Shown here: piece after piece, positions 12,131 through 24,749 of the stretch
Layout: each line of letters begins with the position of its first letter
Position numbering within the stretch: position 1 is the stretch's first letter
Assembly (NCBI GenBank): GCA_024704765.1
Contig: JAKMXF010000348.1
Location: 119,162-183,161, forward strand
DNA from: Oopsacas minuta
Lineage: Eukaryota > Animalia > Porifera
Length of the DNA: 64,000 nucleotides
Direction of reading: 5' to 3'
The notes under the pieces: generated by a model
Seen by the model: the letters and a program-made list of their open reading frames with translations, nothing else
The model's database searches: none
Told to the model about the DNA's origin: nothing
Program-made: the position numbers and the translations under genes

Positions 12131-12599
12131 CTGAAATGTGCATATTGTAGTAATATATACTTGGCTGGACGATTTATTAATCATAGGTTCATCAATATCG
12201 TTCCCAGTTGAGAGGATATTGCGAATTTAATGATATGATGACGTAATATAAGAAAAATATGGAATTGACCATATTGGAGTGTGCCTACGCCTTTTGCCAA
12301 ATTAGGGCGGGGAGTGAGTTTTTGGAACTTGATATTGTTATTTTTGAATTCAGCACCCAAAGATTGTGTCAGATACCAAATTTAGTGCTAAGAATACAGA
12401 ATTGAATATATTTTCAGTCATACAATGTTCAGACTATGCATTTCTGACTGTGGTTTGGCTTGGTCGCGTCCGGGTAATAGTAGTCCGTGAATGCACAAAT
12501 AAATTTTGGTAAATATAGAAGTCAAATTTTTACTTATTACCGAATAATTCCACAATGTGCCTGAGGCGGCGCTAGGGCGCCGCTTCTAGCACTAAGTTT

Positions 12600-13150
12600 G
12601 AATTTTCACACTAGGTGTAGATAGGTAAGACCTCCCAAACACGAGTTGTAATTCGATGATGTGGAATTTGGTTGTTCACCACCCTGGACCCTTAAGTGAG
12701 TTGAAGATATGACTTTTGTAACTAGATGACTATATTTAGTCTTATGAATCGTTATTTTCTCAAGGTTACTCCCTTAGCCGTTGCGAGAAATGAATTCCAA
12801 TAAATGATCCATTGACCTAATCGAGCAATAACATGTGATTCCGACAGCTACTTCAAGTTCCATTCGTTTCTCTTCTACTGTTACTCTAGGATTGGTATAT
12901 GAAATTTCAAATTTTGTAATTGTTGGGAATTCATGAAATAATCACTGCTCTTTATGACTTTTCGAATCTTCATGCTTGTTGATGGACCCCTAACTTTGCT
13001 TGAATAGAATTCTTGTATAATATTCAAAAGGCATTAGCTGAGCCATGAGTGTATTCGCGTAATCTTATGTACTCTCCCAAGAAGATCCAGAGACTTTGGT
13101 TAAAGGTCTTAATTCTCACCCATTGGTAAATAAGTAGAATTCTTACTAGG
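12600..13150 (-). pseudogene. Degenerate hAT transposase N-terminal fragment
   Basis: Minus strand reads RSMDHLLEFISRNG*GSNLEKITIHKTKYSHLVTKVIS, preceded by a BED-like ...NKHEDSKSHK; resembles the H-x-x-RTK region of the 58927 element. Confidence 0.5.
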
Positions 13151-13789
13151 ATCTTTTACCTCTACCAGCAGTAGACTTGGGTTGCAAATTTATTTTAGAA
13201 ATATTCTTTACTTGGAAAAACAATCATCAGCTAGTGCTATTTCACAAGATGATGATTTCAAAGTGAAACATCGATACTTTTAAATTGAACCTCAGTTCAA
13301 GTCGAACAAAGGCCTCCATAAAACAAAGATCAACTTAGCTACCTATACTCCAATATAGATCCAAATTTGAGGATCAAATCCCTAGATTGGACCAGCGAGG
13401 GTAGGCAAAAAACCAGCATTTGGGACTGAATCCTGCAAATGCTAGGCAAGGGCCTTATTTGCAAGGCTGCAACCAAAATAGTAAAATTTTCGTTTGGACG
13501 AAATATATATGCCAAATACAAGTTGAGTATTTGGTTGGCTCATGAACATCAGTATTCGTAATTCTGTCGGCCAAATGGACAATGTGTAAATTATTTTATT
13601 ATTTGTTTATTTACTTATGTAACTGTACACATTGTAGGCAGTTTGTATGTGTGATTCCTGCTGTAACACATTAACTATGTTGTCTCTAGTGCATCGTGGT
13701 TTAAAATGGCAGTTGGCAAAGAATAGGTGTGTGTATGTGAGATAGCGATATGGAATATACTATTTGCATATGAAATAGTAAATTTCATA

Positions 13790-15910
13790 AGGCTATCCCA
13801 TTTATGCCTATTCCTATCATACCTAAGTAATTAGAATATTCGTCAATAATGCAAAGCCGACGCCACCAGTCCGGTTGGTACTATTATAGTCGTACCACTT
13901 TTTGGTGCATTCAGTAGTTTCTATGGTAAGCGAGATTTCAACCAAACCACTTTGATAAAACTGGTATGGTCAAATCGGATCTATTTTGACAAGACATGGC
14001 TAAGTGGAAATAACAATGTACCAGTGCTTTATCATTTATGAACAAGCCACAAACAATGGAGCTGAATCCTCTAATAAAACTCTGAAGTCCTACATAAAGA
14101 TTCTGTAACCTAATATAGGGTGTAACAAAAGTCTTGGCCGGTTGCATTATGGTGGCTCGCATAAAATATTTCAAGGTCACAATATCTAATTATCTTCCAA
14201 TATAATCACCACCTCTTTCTAAACCTAATTTCATTCGATTAGGCATCCCATTCACCCGGTTTCGAAGTAAGTTCGGTGAAATCGTCTTCCATGCCGTTTT
14301 TAGGTTTGCAATTAGGGCCTGAATCGTGGTGACCTGGCCCATTTCATCCAACCGTTCATATAAAATACCCCAAAGATTTTCAATCGGATTCAAGTCGGGG
14401 GAGTTAGCTGGCCACTCCCCTTTCTTCCAAAACCGAGGGAACTTCTCTGAACACCACTGCTGCGTGACATTGGCTGTGTGTGCGGGGGCACCATCCTGCA
14501 TGAACAGAAATTCTGAATTGTTTTCCAACATGGATCTCTCAATAACGGACCCCTTTTTAGCTTTACGAGCGATCGCATCCAGACAGGTTTTCTTCCATAT
14601 TTCGTTCCTATAGTAGGCTCCATTGACGGTCTGTTTTGGGGTACAATGTGCAGTTCTGACAGCGATCTGTGTGACATCATTCCCCAGACCATAATTTTCG
14701 CTGGGAATTTGACCTGAAAATAGGCTCAATATTTTGTGAACCAATTGCCCATACTCGATCATCCTGTCTGTTTGGCGAATGAAATAACTTAAAGGGTAAT
14801 TCATCAGGCCAGAACATATTATTCCAATCTTCGAAAGACCAATACCCATGATCCCGAGCGAATTTCAATCGATTTTCCTTGGTTTTTTGAGTAATAATTG
14901 GCCATTTGGGACGCTTATAGGGTCTGGCATCAAGCCTTTGTGCTAAGTGCCGCTGAATTGTCATGTGAGATATGAGGTTTCCTCTGATAGATAGTCTCCT
15001 CTACAATTTTCAGGTTGATTGCCCCCTTTTCCCCAAGGATTTCTTAATCAAAATTCGTGATACCCGTTTCAAAATTAGAGGCCGTCCAGATCGAGGCTTA
15101 GTCTCCACAGTCTCACCGCATTTGTGTCGACTCCACCATCTCCGTACTTATCTTACTCCAACATTTAGACGTGTAGCTACCTCTTTTTGAGTAATGCCTC
15201 CTTCAAGCATCCCAATTGCTTTAGAACGGAGCTCGACTCCGTGATCATCGACATTCATTTTCCCGAAAGAAACTGATAAGGTAAATATGCTAAAAAAATT
15301 CGAGAGCAGTGTTGAAGATATTCAATATGCCTATAGTATAAATGTAGTTACTATCAGTCAACTAGCATTTCCGCTGTATGCTATAATTACTAGTATATAT
15401 TAAATCCATCTACGATTGAGAACCGGCCAAGACTTTTGTTGCACCCTGTATATGGAGATTTATTGAAAATTTCAATAATATAATCACAGATTATGATATT
15501 GATTTTCAAAGGTTAGCCAATGGTCTGGCTACTACAAGAGGAACTAATTACAACACAAGGACGAAATTAGTTCGCAGAACAGGACTAAGAGAAATCTTAT
15601 TAATCAGACCAGCACTTCTCTACAATATCTTGAGGCAATGGCCTTCACAATTGTTAAGGAGAACCTTAATCCAGTAGAACCGTTAACAGTGCCCATTGAT
15701 AGTGCTTATCCACGACTTACTGGATTCTTTTTAAAGTGAGGATGATAATGATGAGTGTACTATATGTTTACAAGCCAGATCAGAAAAATTTCCTCTGTTA
15801 CATGACTATTGTGTGCATGCAGGATTTGCCAATCTTGTTCCAACCATTTATTTGAACTTCAGGCCGACCCCCTCAATTTGCAGGAGCAAAATCCGTAAAT
15901 CGAGTATTGA
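13790..15910 (+). pseudogene. MULE transposase C-terminal remnant ending in a RING finger, split by a DD37E element
   Basis: Joining across the TA at 14114/15449 gives EQATNNGAESSNKTLKSYIKIL*PNIWRFIENFNNIITDYDIDFQRL. Downstream: ECTICLQARSEKFPLLHDYCVHAGF(C)QSCSNHL...ICRSKI. Confidence 0.7.
14116..15448 (-). mobile_element. IS630-Tc1-mariner element, DD37E spacing, 1333 bp, decayed transposase (ATG 15258 to stop 14190)
   Basis: TIR (C/T)AGGGTG(C/T)AACAAAAGTCTTGGCCGGTT; TA TSD. Motifs FWPDE, MQDGAPAH and SPDLNPIE, with 37 residues between the second D and E. Confidence 0.93.
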
Positions 15911-16084
15911 AGGTTTTCCAATAATTATAGCCAATTCAGATTTCTTCACTCTTTTTCACTAATTCACTTGTTCAACTTCACTATTTAATGGAATTTTATT
16001 CATCACCTTGTGTTTCGTTTTACTCTCCATAAACTTCTAATTATTTTATTCTATTACGTATAGTATTTAGTATAATATTAAAAA

Positions 16085-16195
16085 ATTCAGGACAGATACC
16101 GAACTCAGGCGTATGACAGGTTCTGAACTCGGAATAATCATGGGACAGATTCCGAACAGTTTCGTCGTAGGACAGATTCCCGTAATATCGTTGTA
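16085..16195 (+). repeat. Short GGACAGATTCC(G)AAC-like tandem motifs, possible subterminal repeats of the MULE-RING element
   Basis: Three clear copies and one degenerate copy, spaced ~20-40 bp, downstream of the RING coding region. Confidence 0.5.
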
Positions 16196-16344
16196 CAGAA
16201 TCAGGCGACTCATTTCATATCCTGGCTATACGGCGAATATTTGAAATTCTGCACTATAATATACATGAAAAAACTATATGACTGTTAGTTCACGCTATCT
16301 TGACTAAAGCTATGATATTTTCATAATTAGATATTTTATAGTCA

Positions 16345-17697
16345 CACATTGCTCAATAAATAGATAACATCGATATACAAAATTGTAAAAAGTTTTTGAT
16401 GATTACATAAAAATAGCTGAAATTGAAGAATTTGAAGGGATTGTTTATGAATGGGTTATGTATTCACAACTGGTCTAGAATTTGTAATTTTCTGGTTGGA
16501 AGATTGCACCAATATGCGATTTAATATATGAAATTAAACATACATTTATGCTTATTACCCACTAAATCATACTAATATTAACTATCACTAGTGCACTATA
16601 CTTCCTTGCGCTACGCGGATTCTAACACTTCGTGTCCGTACTCAGCCTTCGGCCCTCGCTTAGGACTATTCGTTTGTGATATTCGGAATCAGCGTACCCG
16701 ATTACCCCACAATAACCGTTGAAACCACGTTTCTAGGATAATTTTGAAATTTGTTTACTTTTTGTTTACTTTATATTCATATAAACAACTTTAATTTGTA
16801 TATGACAAATCCATAAGTGTGATTCGGATTCAGCATATTTGCTAACCTTTAGTCAAATTTAATGAAATTTGCATATTTTCTTGATTAACACCATAGATAT
16901 ATAGATGCATACATTTTTGCAAATACGAATTCAACATTCCATTTCAGCTTCCTTAGCAGCGGACAAACGGACGGACAGACAAACATAGCAGTGACTATGA
17001 TAGTATCTCCACTATTATCATTGTCACTGCAAATGTCCAATATTTCCAATGGAACTGGTACAGGTATGTCCTCTGAATGTGGAACTGGCGTAATGGCGGA
17101 CGGTACGCCTGGATACGCAAAAGTGGATTTATTCTTTTTTGTGATACCATCAATTTTCGTCATACAGAAATAACAATCCGAAAGAAGACACATTGGTTTT
17201 CTCCATATCATTGGAACCGCAAACGAGATTATATTTCTCTTCCCAGCATACCACAAGCGTCTTTCAGGCATTGTGTGGAGCCCACGGCTTATCTTGATCC
17301 CCAAGATGTCATCCAAAATAAGCGAAATACCAGGGTTCTACACCCGTTACGATTATTTTCAGGAGAATTTTACAAACCAGAGAAGCCATAAACAATAAAA
17401 TGAATAAACTAAACTAAATGTCGAGTGGAATAAAACAAATTATAACTACTATTAGAGGAAATTTAGATCATTTAAGAAATTAAAACCAAATAAATTTGGA
17501 TAAGGGTGATGTGTAGAATTGAATTTAGAAATATTTTTGACCATGTAGTCAATTAAAAGATGGACATAACAAAAATAGAAATTTCTTATTGTTAGTACCC
17601 TTGAGAATGAAAAACATAGATAATTATTCCCAACATAAATCTACACTAGGCAAAAATAATAAAGAAAGAAGATCATCAAAAATGTTGTAAATCAGTG
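16345..17697 (-). mobile_element. Internally deleted Chapaev3-type (CMC) element
   Basis: CAC...GTG junctions at the points where the foldback arm breaks. Minus-strand GDQDKPWAPH, FAVPMIWR..DCYFC and YPGVPSAITPVPHS. Confidence 0.7.
16588..17007 (-). mobile_element. Non-autonomous Helitron-like repeat inside the Chapaev3 derivative
   Basis: (GTCY)n microsatellite near the 5' end, GC-rich hairpin-like segment then CTAG at the 3' end, and internal ATTCGGATTCAGC motifs shared with 40030-40460 and 43070-44400. Confidence 0.55.
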
Positions 17698-18449
17698 TAA
17701 TGAGCAAATTAAATATTCTATTCAAAATTGCATGAAGTCATATGAGATGGAACAATTTTGATAGCATAATCCAATTATACGGGTCTGTATAACCCTAGTA
17801 TGAACATTTCGATTGTAATATTTTTGACTAATTAGCATTTTGAATATTTGTGTCACAAGTGACATAATCACATATATAAAATAGTTGTGCACCATTTCGT
17901 ATGTGAAAAAATATATCGCAATAATCGACTTATTTCCGAATATACAAATATTTGCAAGTCAGCTTATAGAATCTCAGATGATTTTCAAACTTTATTCCAT
18001 TCTGATGTCAATATTCTAGTAATGTGCCTCTTCTGCCACATGTGGCACAAATATTAAGATGCTATTATGTCAACGAAATATGCTCTACACAGTTCGAAAT
18101 ATACATAATGAGGTAAAACAGACTAGTATTATTCAAATATGCTATCAGAATTGTTCCATCTCATTTGAGGTTTGTGAAAATAGGAATTGAATATGTAATT
18201 ATTTCATTATGGTTATAAATATCGAATTATTAAAATTTTCAAGGATTTAGTCAGGATAATATTATCTAACACAGTCATATAGTTTTTTCAGGTATACTAT
18301 CACATTGATATTCAAAAATTCGCCGTATAGGCAGGATAAGTAATCATACATTTAGTTGTGCTTAAATACTTATACTCGTTTAGTGTATATCTGCAATACA
18401 ATACTACGAACAATCTAATGTGAGGAAGAGGTTAATGTTAAGTAAGAGA

Positions 18450-19800
18450 ATATAGTGTCAGTTTTCGATATCTCTTTTTTGTCTGTCCTGCAACATTTTG
18501 ATCTGACTGTATGTCCAGATTCCCTACTTGATTCACAAGTCACCATTCTCCGATAACCTACAGAAAATGGATCACTTGGTGAGGCAAATCTTAAAAACTA
18601 TCCATTGAATTTCTTTCGAAACTAAATTGTGTTTTGGGACAATATTTCTGGGTATTTTCTAAGTAATTTTTAGCAAGATTCTGTTCCTTTTTCAGATATC
18701 GATTTCAACTCGAATCTCGAGTTGTATTGGCGGAATAATTCCTCTGAGTGTGTTAATAACTTGTGTCAAGTTAAGTTAATCTATCCAATGGGAACAATCC
18801 AATATATAGAGGTGGGTATCTTGACGCAAGTTCGTCAATTCCAGGGTTGACTTTCATGGCTGAATTTAACACTCCCAGTATAGCAGCAAGCTGTGTGTGT
18901 ATCTTTGACAATGCAGGTGGATGAGGAATTGCCACTGTCGATAGAACACACGAGAGATAACCTGAGTTATCGGAAAAGGATCTTCGAGCAACATTTCCTG
19001 TTGACGTTGTACCGCCACTAGAATCAGGTTAGTCAACTTTCGGGCCAGTGTGTTCCTGCATCAGCCCTTGAATATACTTCATAGACTATTATATAAGTTG
19101 TACTTTAGTTGACCTATAAGTTGTCCTTAAGTTAACCAACGCTTTCAATATGAAGGTGGTTAACTAACTTACTCACTGTAAATTCAATTATATACTCACC
19201 TAAAGATACATATGTACGAATGAGGTGGAGAGGCTGAGTTAATGTTGATGATAGATAGGTGTATGAGTAATGCGATAGCGTTCATCAGATGGGAGTGTAA
19301 AGAATGAATCAGCATAATCGATCTCTGATAATATTTGGGCGTGGTACATGATGATTCTATTGATGGGGAACCATCAACTACTAGAGCACTGTCCTTTAGA
19401 TCTTTACGTATGGCAATGCACATCTGACAGCTTGCCAGCACCAGAAAGGATAGCCTCCATCTTCCCATCAAACATTAAGCGATAAATATCTACAAGAACT
19501 AATCATGTTCTGTTGTTATCCATTCAGTATGGGATGATTAAATCTTGCATAAATGTGCGTATATTTCTTTCACTCTCCTTAACTGCACAAAGAAAGATAG
19601 GCCTCTGAGAGAATAGAGAAAAAAGAGAATCATTCTGCTAAATAACTTCGCCTCAAGTAGTATGAATGGGGATTGATTAAAAGCAGAATAGAATTCAATT
19701 TTTAGTACTTGTGTTGGTATGTTGCCGGTTGTAGATACCCCTTATCTACAGTAACAAGCCTCTCTTTAATATTTCTTAATCCGCCATTAACAGTTTTTCC
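18450..19800 (-). pseudogene. Transib/RAG1-like transposase remnant, copy A
   Basis: FSQRPIFLCAVKESE; LMFDGKMEAILSGAG..CQMC; SASPPHSYICIFR; PDSSGGTTSTGNVARR; HKLLTHSEEL; SEKGTESC*KLLRKY; C-terminal CES(S)RESGHTVRSKCC. Confidence 0.8.
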
Positions 19801-20265
19801 TTTGTAATCTAACGCTCGCGCTGCAATTACGATGTCTCGAGTGTTTCACAGATTCAATTTCTCGCTACAGTTCCAAAATAGAAGATAACCTGGTTAATTG
19901 TCGCGGGAATGATAACTGGAGCAGAGGCTTTCTTACATAACGTTCTGAAGACTTAGAACAAGCCTTAACAGATCGATATTCCCAAGGAAGTGTTGCAGTC
20001 CTCCACCCGTTGTTTAAGTACACTATAGATTTCTTTGATGTTTCATATTAGAAAGAACTATCTTCACATTATAAGTTACAGATTGTATCAGATCTTATTC
20101 AATGTCCAAGCTATCAACGACTTTACTCACTATTGAGAAAACGTCATACTCATTTTGTTTGAGTATATATGTTACGTTACTGCGGTTCTGTGGCAATAGG
20201 GCCTGAGCCATTGATATGATTGCAAGTGAATACTATCGAGTTGATAAACATTTTCGATGCTTATA

Positions 20266-21044
20266 CCGGGTGGTCCAAAATAGACTATACCCAAATTCTT
20301 TCCCCAACTGTTCAGGCAATATTTTATGAAAGAATGAAATTATCCATATATGTTAGTAACATAATTCGATATATATCCCATGAATACAGATCCCTAGCTT
20401 GAAAACTTTCGGGTTTAGAGGAAGTACTCGATGTGGCCAAAATCACATTCTTGGACATTTTTGAGTAGCAACGCGAAATTCTGGAAAACTGACTTCAGAA
20501 CCTCTTTGTTTTTTCACCGTAATTTCTAGCACAATATTCGTTTTCAGCTGCTCAAGTATTCGGAACAAGTGGATATCTTCTTTCATAACACTCATCAGCG
20601 ATGTTCATGGAATAACGAGTGTTTGACTCTTCTTTTTGGTCGATCGGCTGGGAGATGCGTTAACATAATTTCCGATCTGCTCTTTAACGGCCGTGTCACA
20701 CAGTTTCTTCCTTCCTGAGTAGACCCCACGACCTTGGATCTTTGGTCTGAGGCTGCTGAGCTTCCCTTCTATCTTCAATTTCCGCACCCACAAGAATATC
20801 AAGTATTTTACTGGGCTTTATCGGTCTCAAATTTTGTTAGGAATTCATTTATTACTGTCTTGAGGCTGTGACACTCCAGATACCGTACAGTACAGAAGGT
20901 TCTCATCTCGAGGGTCCATTTGTTGTTTCTCTTTACAACAAGGGATAGATCTAGCATATCTAAAAATGACTTTTGGTTAATACAAGATATTGAGACTGGG
21001 CAGCCTAAAATATGTTTAGGTACATTCTTTTTTGGACCACCCTG
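20266..21044 (-). mobile_element. Internally deleted Tc1/mariner element with a DUF4817-like HTH N-terminus, 779 bp
   Basis: TIR C(A/C)GGGTGGTCCAAAA; TA TSD. Minus-strand EMRTFCTVRYLECHSLKTVINEFLTKF...WVRKL...G. Confidence 0.75.
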
Positions 21045-21427
21045 TAAATGAATTTGTAAAAATCATAACTCCAAAATACGTGGTTAAGAAAAGGAATTAC
21101 AGTACTCAGCAGAAGAACCATTTGCCTAGTAATGAAAAGTAAGAATGGAATTTAGGTATTGATACCATGTTGCGGATGGAAGCGCATCTATCTATTTTTA
21201 TATGTTGTATATAATCCATTAAAGGTAAATCTTGGGAAATTTCTAATCTATCCAAAGCTATCTATTGTATTGCGGCATTTTGGAAATCCAGAAATACTTA
21301 TATATTTTAGATATTTGTGATCTACTTCAACGACTAAATTTGGAATACCCATAATTAATTCTGACAATACATAGGTATAGTTTGAACAATTAGATGATGT
21401 ATTGATTCTTTTTGAGAGTAAGAATAA

Positions 21428-23668
21428 CACAGGCCTACACTTTTTAGTTGTATTGATTTTATCAACTGATATATACTAATTCTGTGTTGTTGATTCCGAT
21501 TATTTAGTCAGTTTCTTCCTAATACGTCAAGTTATCTCACAATCCTATTACTACATTTATAGAACAAAATTGGTTTCAACACTTATATGTTATATTGGAT
21601 CAATTAACTTCTGAAAATATCACCATGTCATTCACTAAGAATAATGATATAATTGTTAATAATATGAATGGAAGAAAGTGATACTATGAACATGTAATAT
21701 GAGCACTATTCAATCTTAAAATTTTCTCTTGTTTGACTTTCTTGAATGTTGTTCGTTAGGACAATCTCTTTTTAGGCACCAACAGTAATCTGCCATCATA
21801 CGTGTGTCCCATCTTCCTTGATATCGCTGTTCCATCACTTTTATGTCTTGATGGAATCGTTCACCTTGTTCTTCACTTATATCACCTAGATTATCCGGAA
21901 ATCTATCAAGATGGTCTCTCAAGTAATGAATTTTAATACTCATATTACAGCCAAGAGCATGATAGCTGTCGACTAACTCTGTGACTAGTTCTTTGTAGTT
22001 GGATGCCTTTTTATTACCAAGCAAATTAGAAATGACATTAGAGAAAGCCTGCCACGCTCTCTTCTCTTCCTCGTTCATTGAATCTCTGAAGCTGTTGTCC
22101 ATAAGTAACTTGCGAATCTGTGGACCTTCAAATATCCCTGCCTTTTTCTTCTCTTCACTGATTTCTGGAAAATAATTTCGGATATACTTGATACAATATC
22201 TGTCTTTATCCAGTGCTTAGATGAATTGCTTCATTAAACCAAGCTTAATGTGGAGAGGAGGTAGAATTATTTTATTTGTATGTACCAGAGGGTTATTAAT
22301 TACATTTTTGTCCCCAACTTTCACACATTCTCTCGAAGGCCACTTTTCCCTTATCCAATGCTGGTTCCTATCTCTACTGTCCCAATAACAAAGAAAACAG
22401 GGGTACTTAGTGAACTCAGATTGTTGTCCTAATAGAAAGTTGACCATTTTTGAAATCAACACAGATGACCCAATCATGTGTAGAGTAGTTAATAATCTCT
22501 ATATCTCTTTCACATTATTGTACTCCTCTTTGAGTTTAACTGAATATCCTATAGGAATTGAATCGAATATATTTCCATTGTGGAGTAGTGCATATTTCAG
22601 ACTCCTTTTTGGAGCTGTCAATAAACAGCCTCCAGTCACTTGGATTGTAGTTCGGAACTCCCATTGCCAGTAGAAGATCCTCAACATTTGGACAAAACAC
22701 CAAACCATTCTTTTCGCAGATTTACTGTTGAAACACTTGCTCCCTGTAACGATATAATGTTACCTTTGTTCCTTGATGGAGTAGATTATTTTCTTTCAAT
22801 GTAGATGCAAACAACTCAGAAGATTCTTTCGAGAGGTCAGGGTCACGAATTAAATCATTCAATTCCGCTTGGTTAAAGAGAGAAGGCTCCGAGGAAGACC
22901 TCGAAAATCAACATCATATCCACAATCATGATCATTGACTTCTTCCGAATTGGCACCATCTTCACTATCATAGAGTCCGAGAAACTCTGTGAATATTGGT
23001 ACAGGTAGATCACTACAATGAGGCACTGGTCGAATAGCAAATTCTAAATTTGGGTAATTCAGCAGGTGTCTGTCACTCATTTTGCAGCCCATAATACTTA
23101 CCATGCAGAAATAACAATCATCGAAATGATTTTTTGATTCTCTCCAAATCATAGGAATTGCGAAAGGGAGGTGTTTCTCTTTACCCTTACTCCAAGACCT
23201 CAATAATTCTACACAAGATTTACAGACCTTATGAGGTGCCCAACTTTTGTCCTGGTCGCCCAGCTTAACTTTGAAATACGCATCGCAAGCTCTATTCACA
23301 AATTCAGTAATATTCTGCATCTGAGGTTTCGGAGTATAGAAACCACAAATATAATAAAAAATGTCTGGAGATTTGAAACACTTTCCTTTCGACCTATCAA
23401 CAAAAAAGAATAACAGACTAGATAAAAACCAATAAGCAACTAAGACTATTTGAATATATATACTATCTACATGATGTTATTGTTATAATATGCAATCATG
23501 ATGAATTTTTGGCAAAAATGGAAATTTTCCTGAAAATGTAGCTATATAGTTGTGAAAAAACGTGACGTGATAAGAAAAAACTGAATAGATATTCAGAATC
23601 AGCGCACCAAAATTAGTCCAAATCCGTGATTAAAATATAAACAATATAACATTTTTCGTAGGCTTGTG
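21428..23668 (-). mobile_element. Full-length but decayed Chapaev3-type transposon; transposase ~23395 to 21716
   Basis: Termini CACA(G/A)GCCTAC with ~110-bp imperfect subterminal inverted similarity; flanked by TAA/TTA. Motifs GDQDKSWAPHKVC, PMIWRE..DDCYFC, LPPLHIKLGLMKQF, GCNMSIKIH, SEEQGERFHQDI and ADYCW. Confidence 0.88.
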
Positions 23669-24075
23669 TTATCAATCGAGTCAGATTTTAAAAATCTTCA
23701 GGTTCTTAAAAGGGCAAGTTTCGTCATACTACATATTTTATCATCAGTATTATCTACAGTATTTAAATTATTTACCTTTTACTATGTTTGTATGCATCCA
23801 ATTGGGTATATTTTGGGCAAACATAGTATCTAGCCCATGGTAAATACTATTGAAGATCAAAAACATTTTTCCAAGACTGAGACTTTATCATTAATCAGTG
23901 CTCCCAAAACTCGAGAAGGAGTCGATGAATTTGACAATGCAAAACATGTATGCCTCAAGCTCGTAAGAGTTTAAGGTGTGATTTTTCAAATTTACCAGGC
24001 AGGGTTCAAGCAATTCAACCAATTTACTACTTGTACAATAAATACATCCACAACTTCTATGTATATACTATACAG

Positions 24076-24556
24076 CAGTGGTTCTCAACTGGGTCCACTT
24101 GTCCCACTGGGGAGGAATTGGGGAAGGTTATGTTAAAGGAATATCCACCAGGCTCTTGGGTCACTGACCACTCAAAATCGGTTCATCTTTCAATTAATTT
24201 CGACTTGACCTGGTTCAGAACTTGGGCAAATGTTATTGATCAAACACACCTAAACATAGAAGTATTCTGAATAATGATACTTGTTGGGTAACCTTATTCG
24301 CTGTTCAGTTTGTTGATATCAGCATCATATTTTATGCATTATTTGTCATATATTTTGGATAGTTATATGTAGTTCGATTTAAAATGTCAAAACGAAGTTT
24401 TTCAATTATTTTGTTTGGTAGACTAACTGAAAAATTAAATATTAATATAACAAAAATTAAGGTATAATGATGATTTAAAGCAAGGGAGCCGGAGGCTATG
24501 GAAGAACCTGGGGGTCGCTAAGGGAGGAATGCGATGTCGGACGCTGAGAAACACGG
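24076..24556. mobile_element. hAT (Buster-type) MITE, 481 bp
   Basis: TIR CAGTGGTTCTCA/TGAGAAACACGG; perfect 8-bp TSD CTATACAG (24068-24075, 24557-24564). Confidence 0.85.
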
Positions 24557-24749
24557 CTATACAGTGTATTTTTGTTCAAAATTTGGCGCAAAATCTATCC
24601 AATAAAATTTGAGTATTCAGTACTGTATTAACATTGCAACTCGAATTGAAGACAGTGCCAGTGCATTAGTCTATTAAAATGCAATAGCTCCACTTAGAGA
24701 AAGTTAGACAGATTATTTATTTCCTCATAATGCACGGACATACTCACCA

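Larger units (their letters stand above)
16220..18336. mobile_element. Second foldback/MITE-like element; left arm interrupted by a ~1.35-kb insertion
   Basis: TCCTG(G/C)CTATACGGCGAAT termini flanked by TA. 16220-16344 plus 17698-17830 match the reverse complement of ~18050-18336. Confidence 0.7.

Noticed and set aside
14326-14613. Antisense and alternate-frame ORFs over transposases (e.g. 1707-1991, 3055-3258, 14326-14613, 17077-17391, 59233-59439)
   Set aside because: Shadow frames of recognisable transposase genes with no independent motifs.
24728-24740. TAATG|CAC as the left end and TSD of RAG-like copy C (TAATG also follows 26360)
   Set aside because: Only CAC matches the candidate TIR, and the site is ~30 bp from the C-terminal motif; probably chance, though worth checking in a copy alignment.
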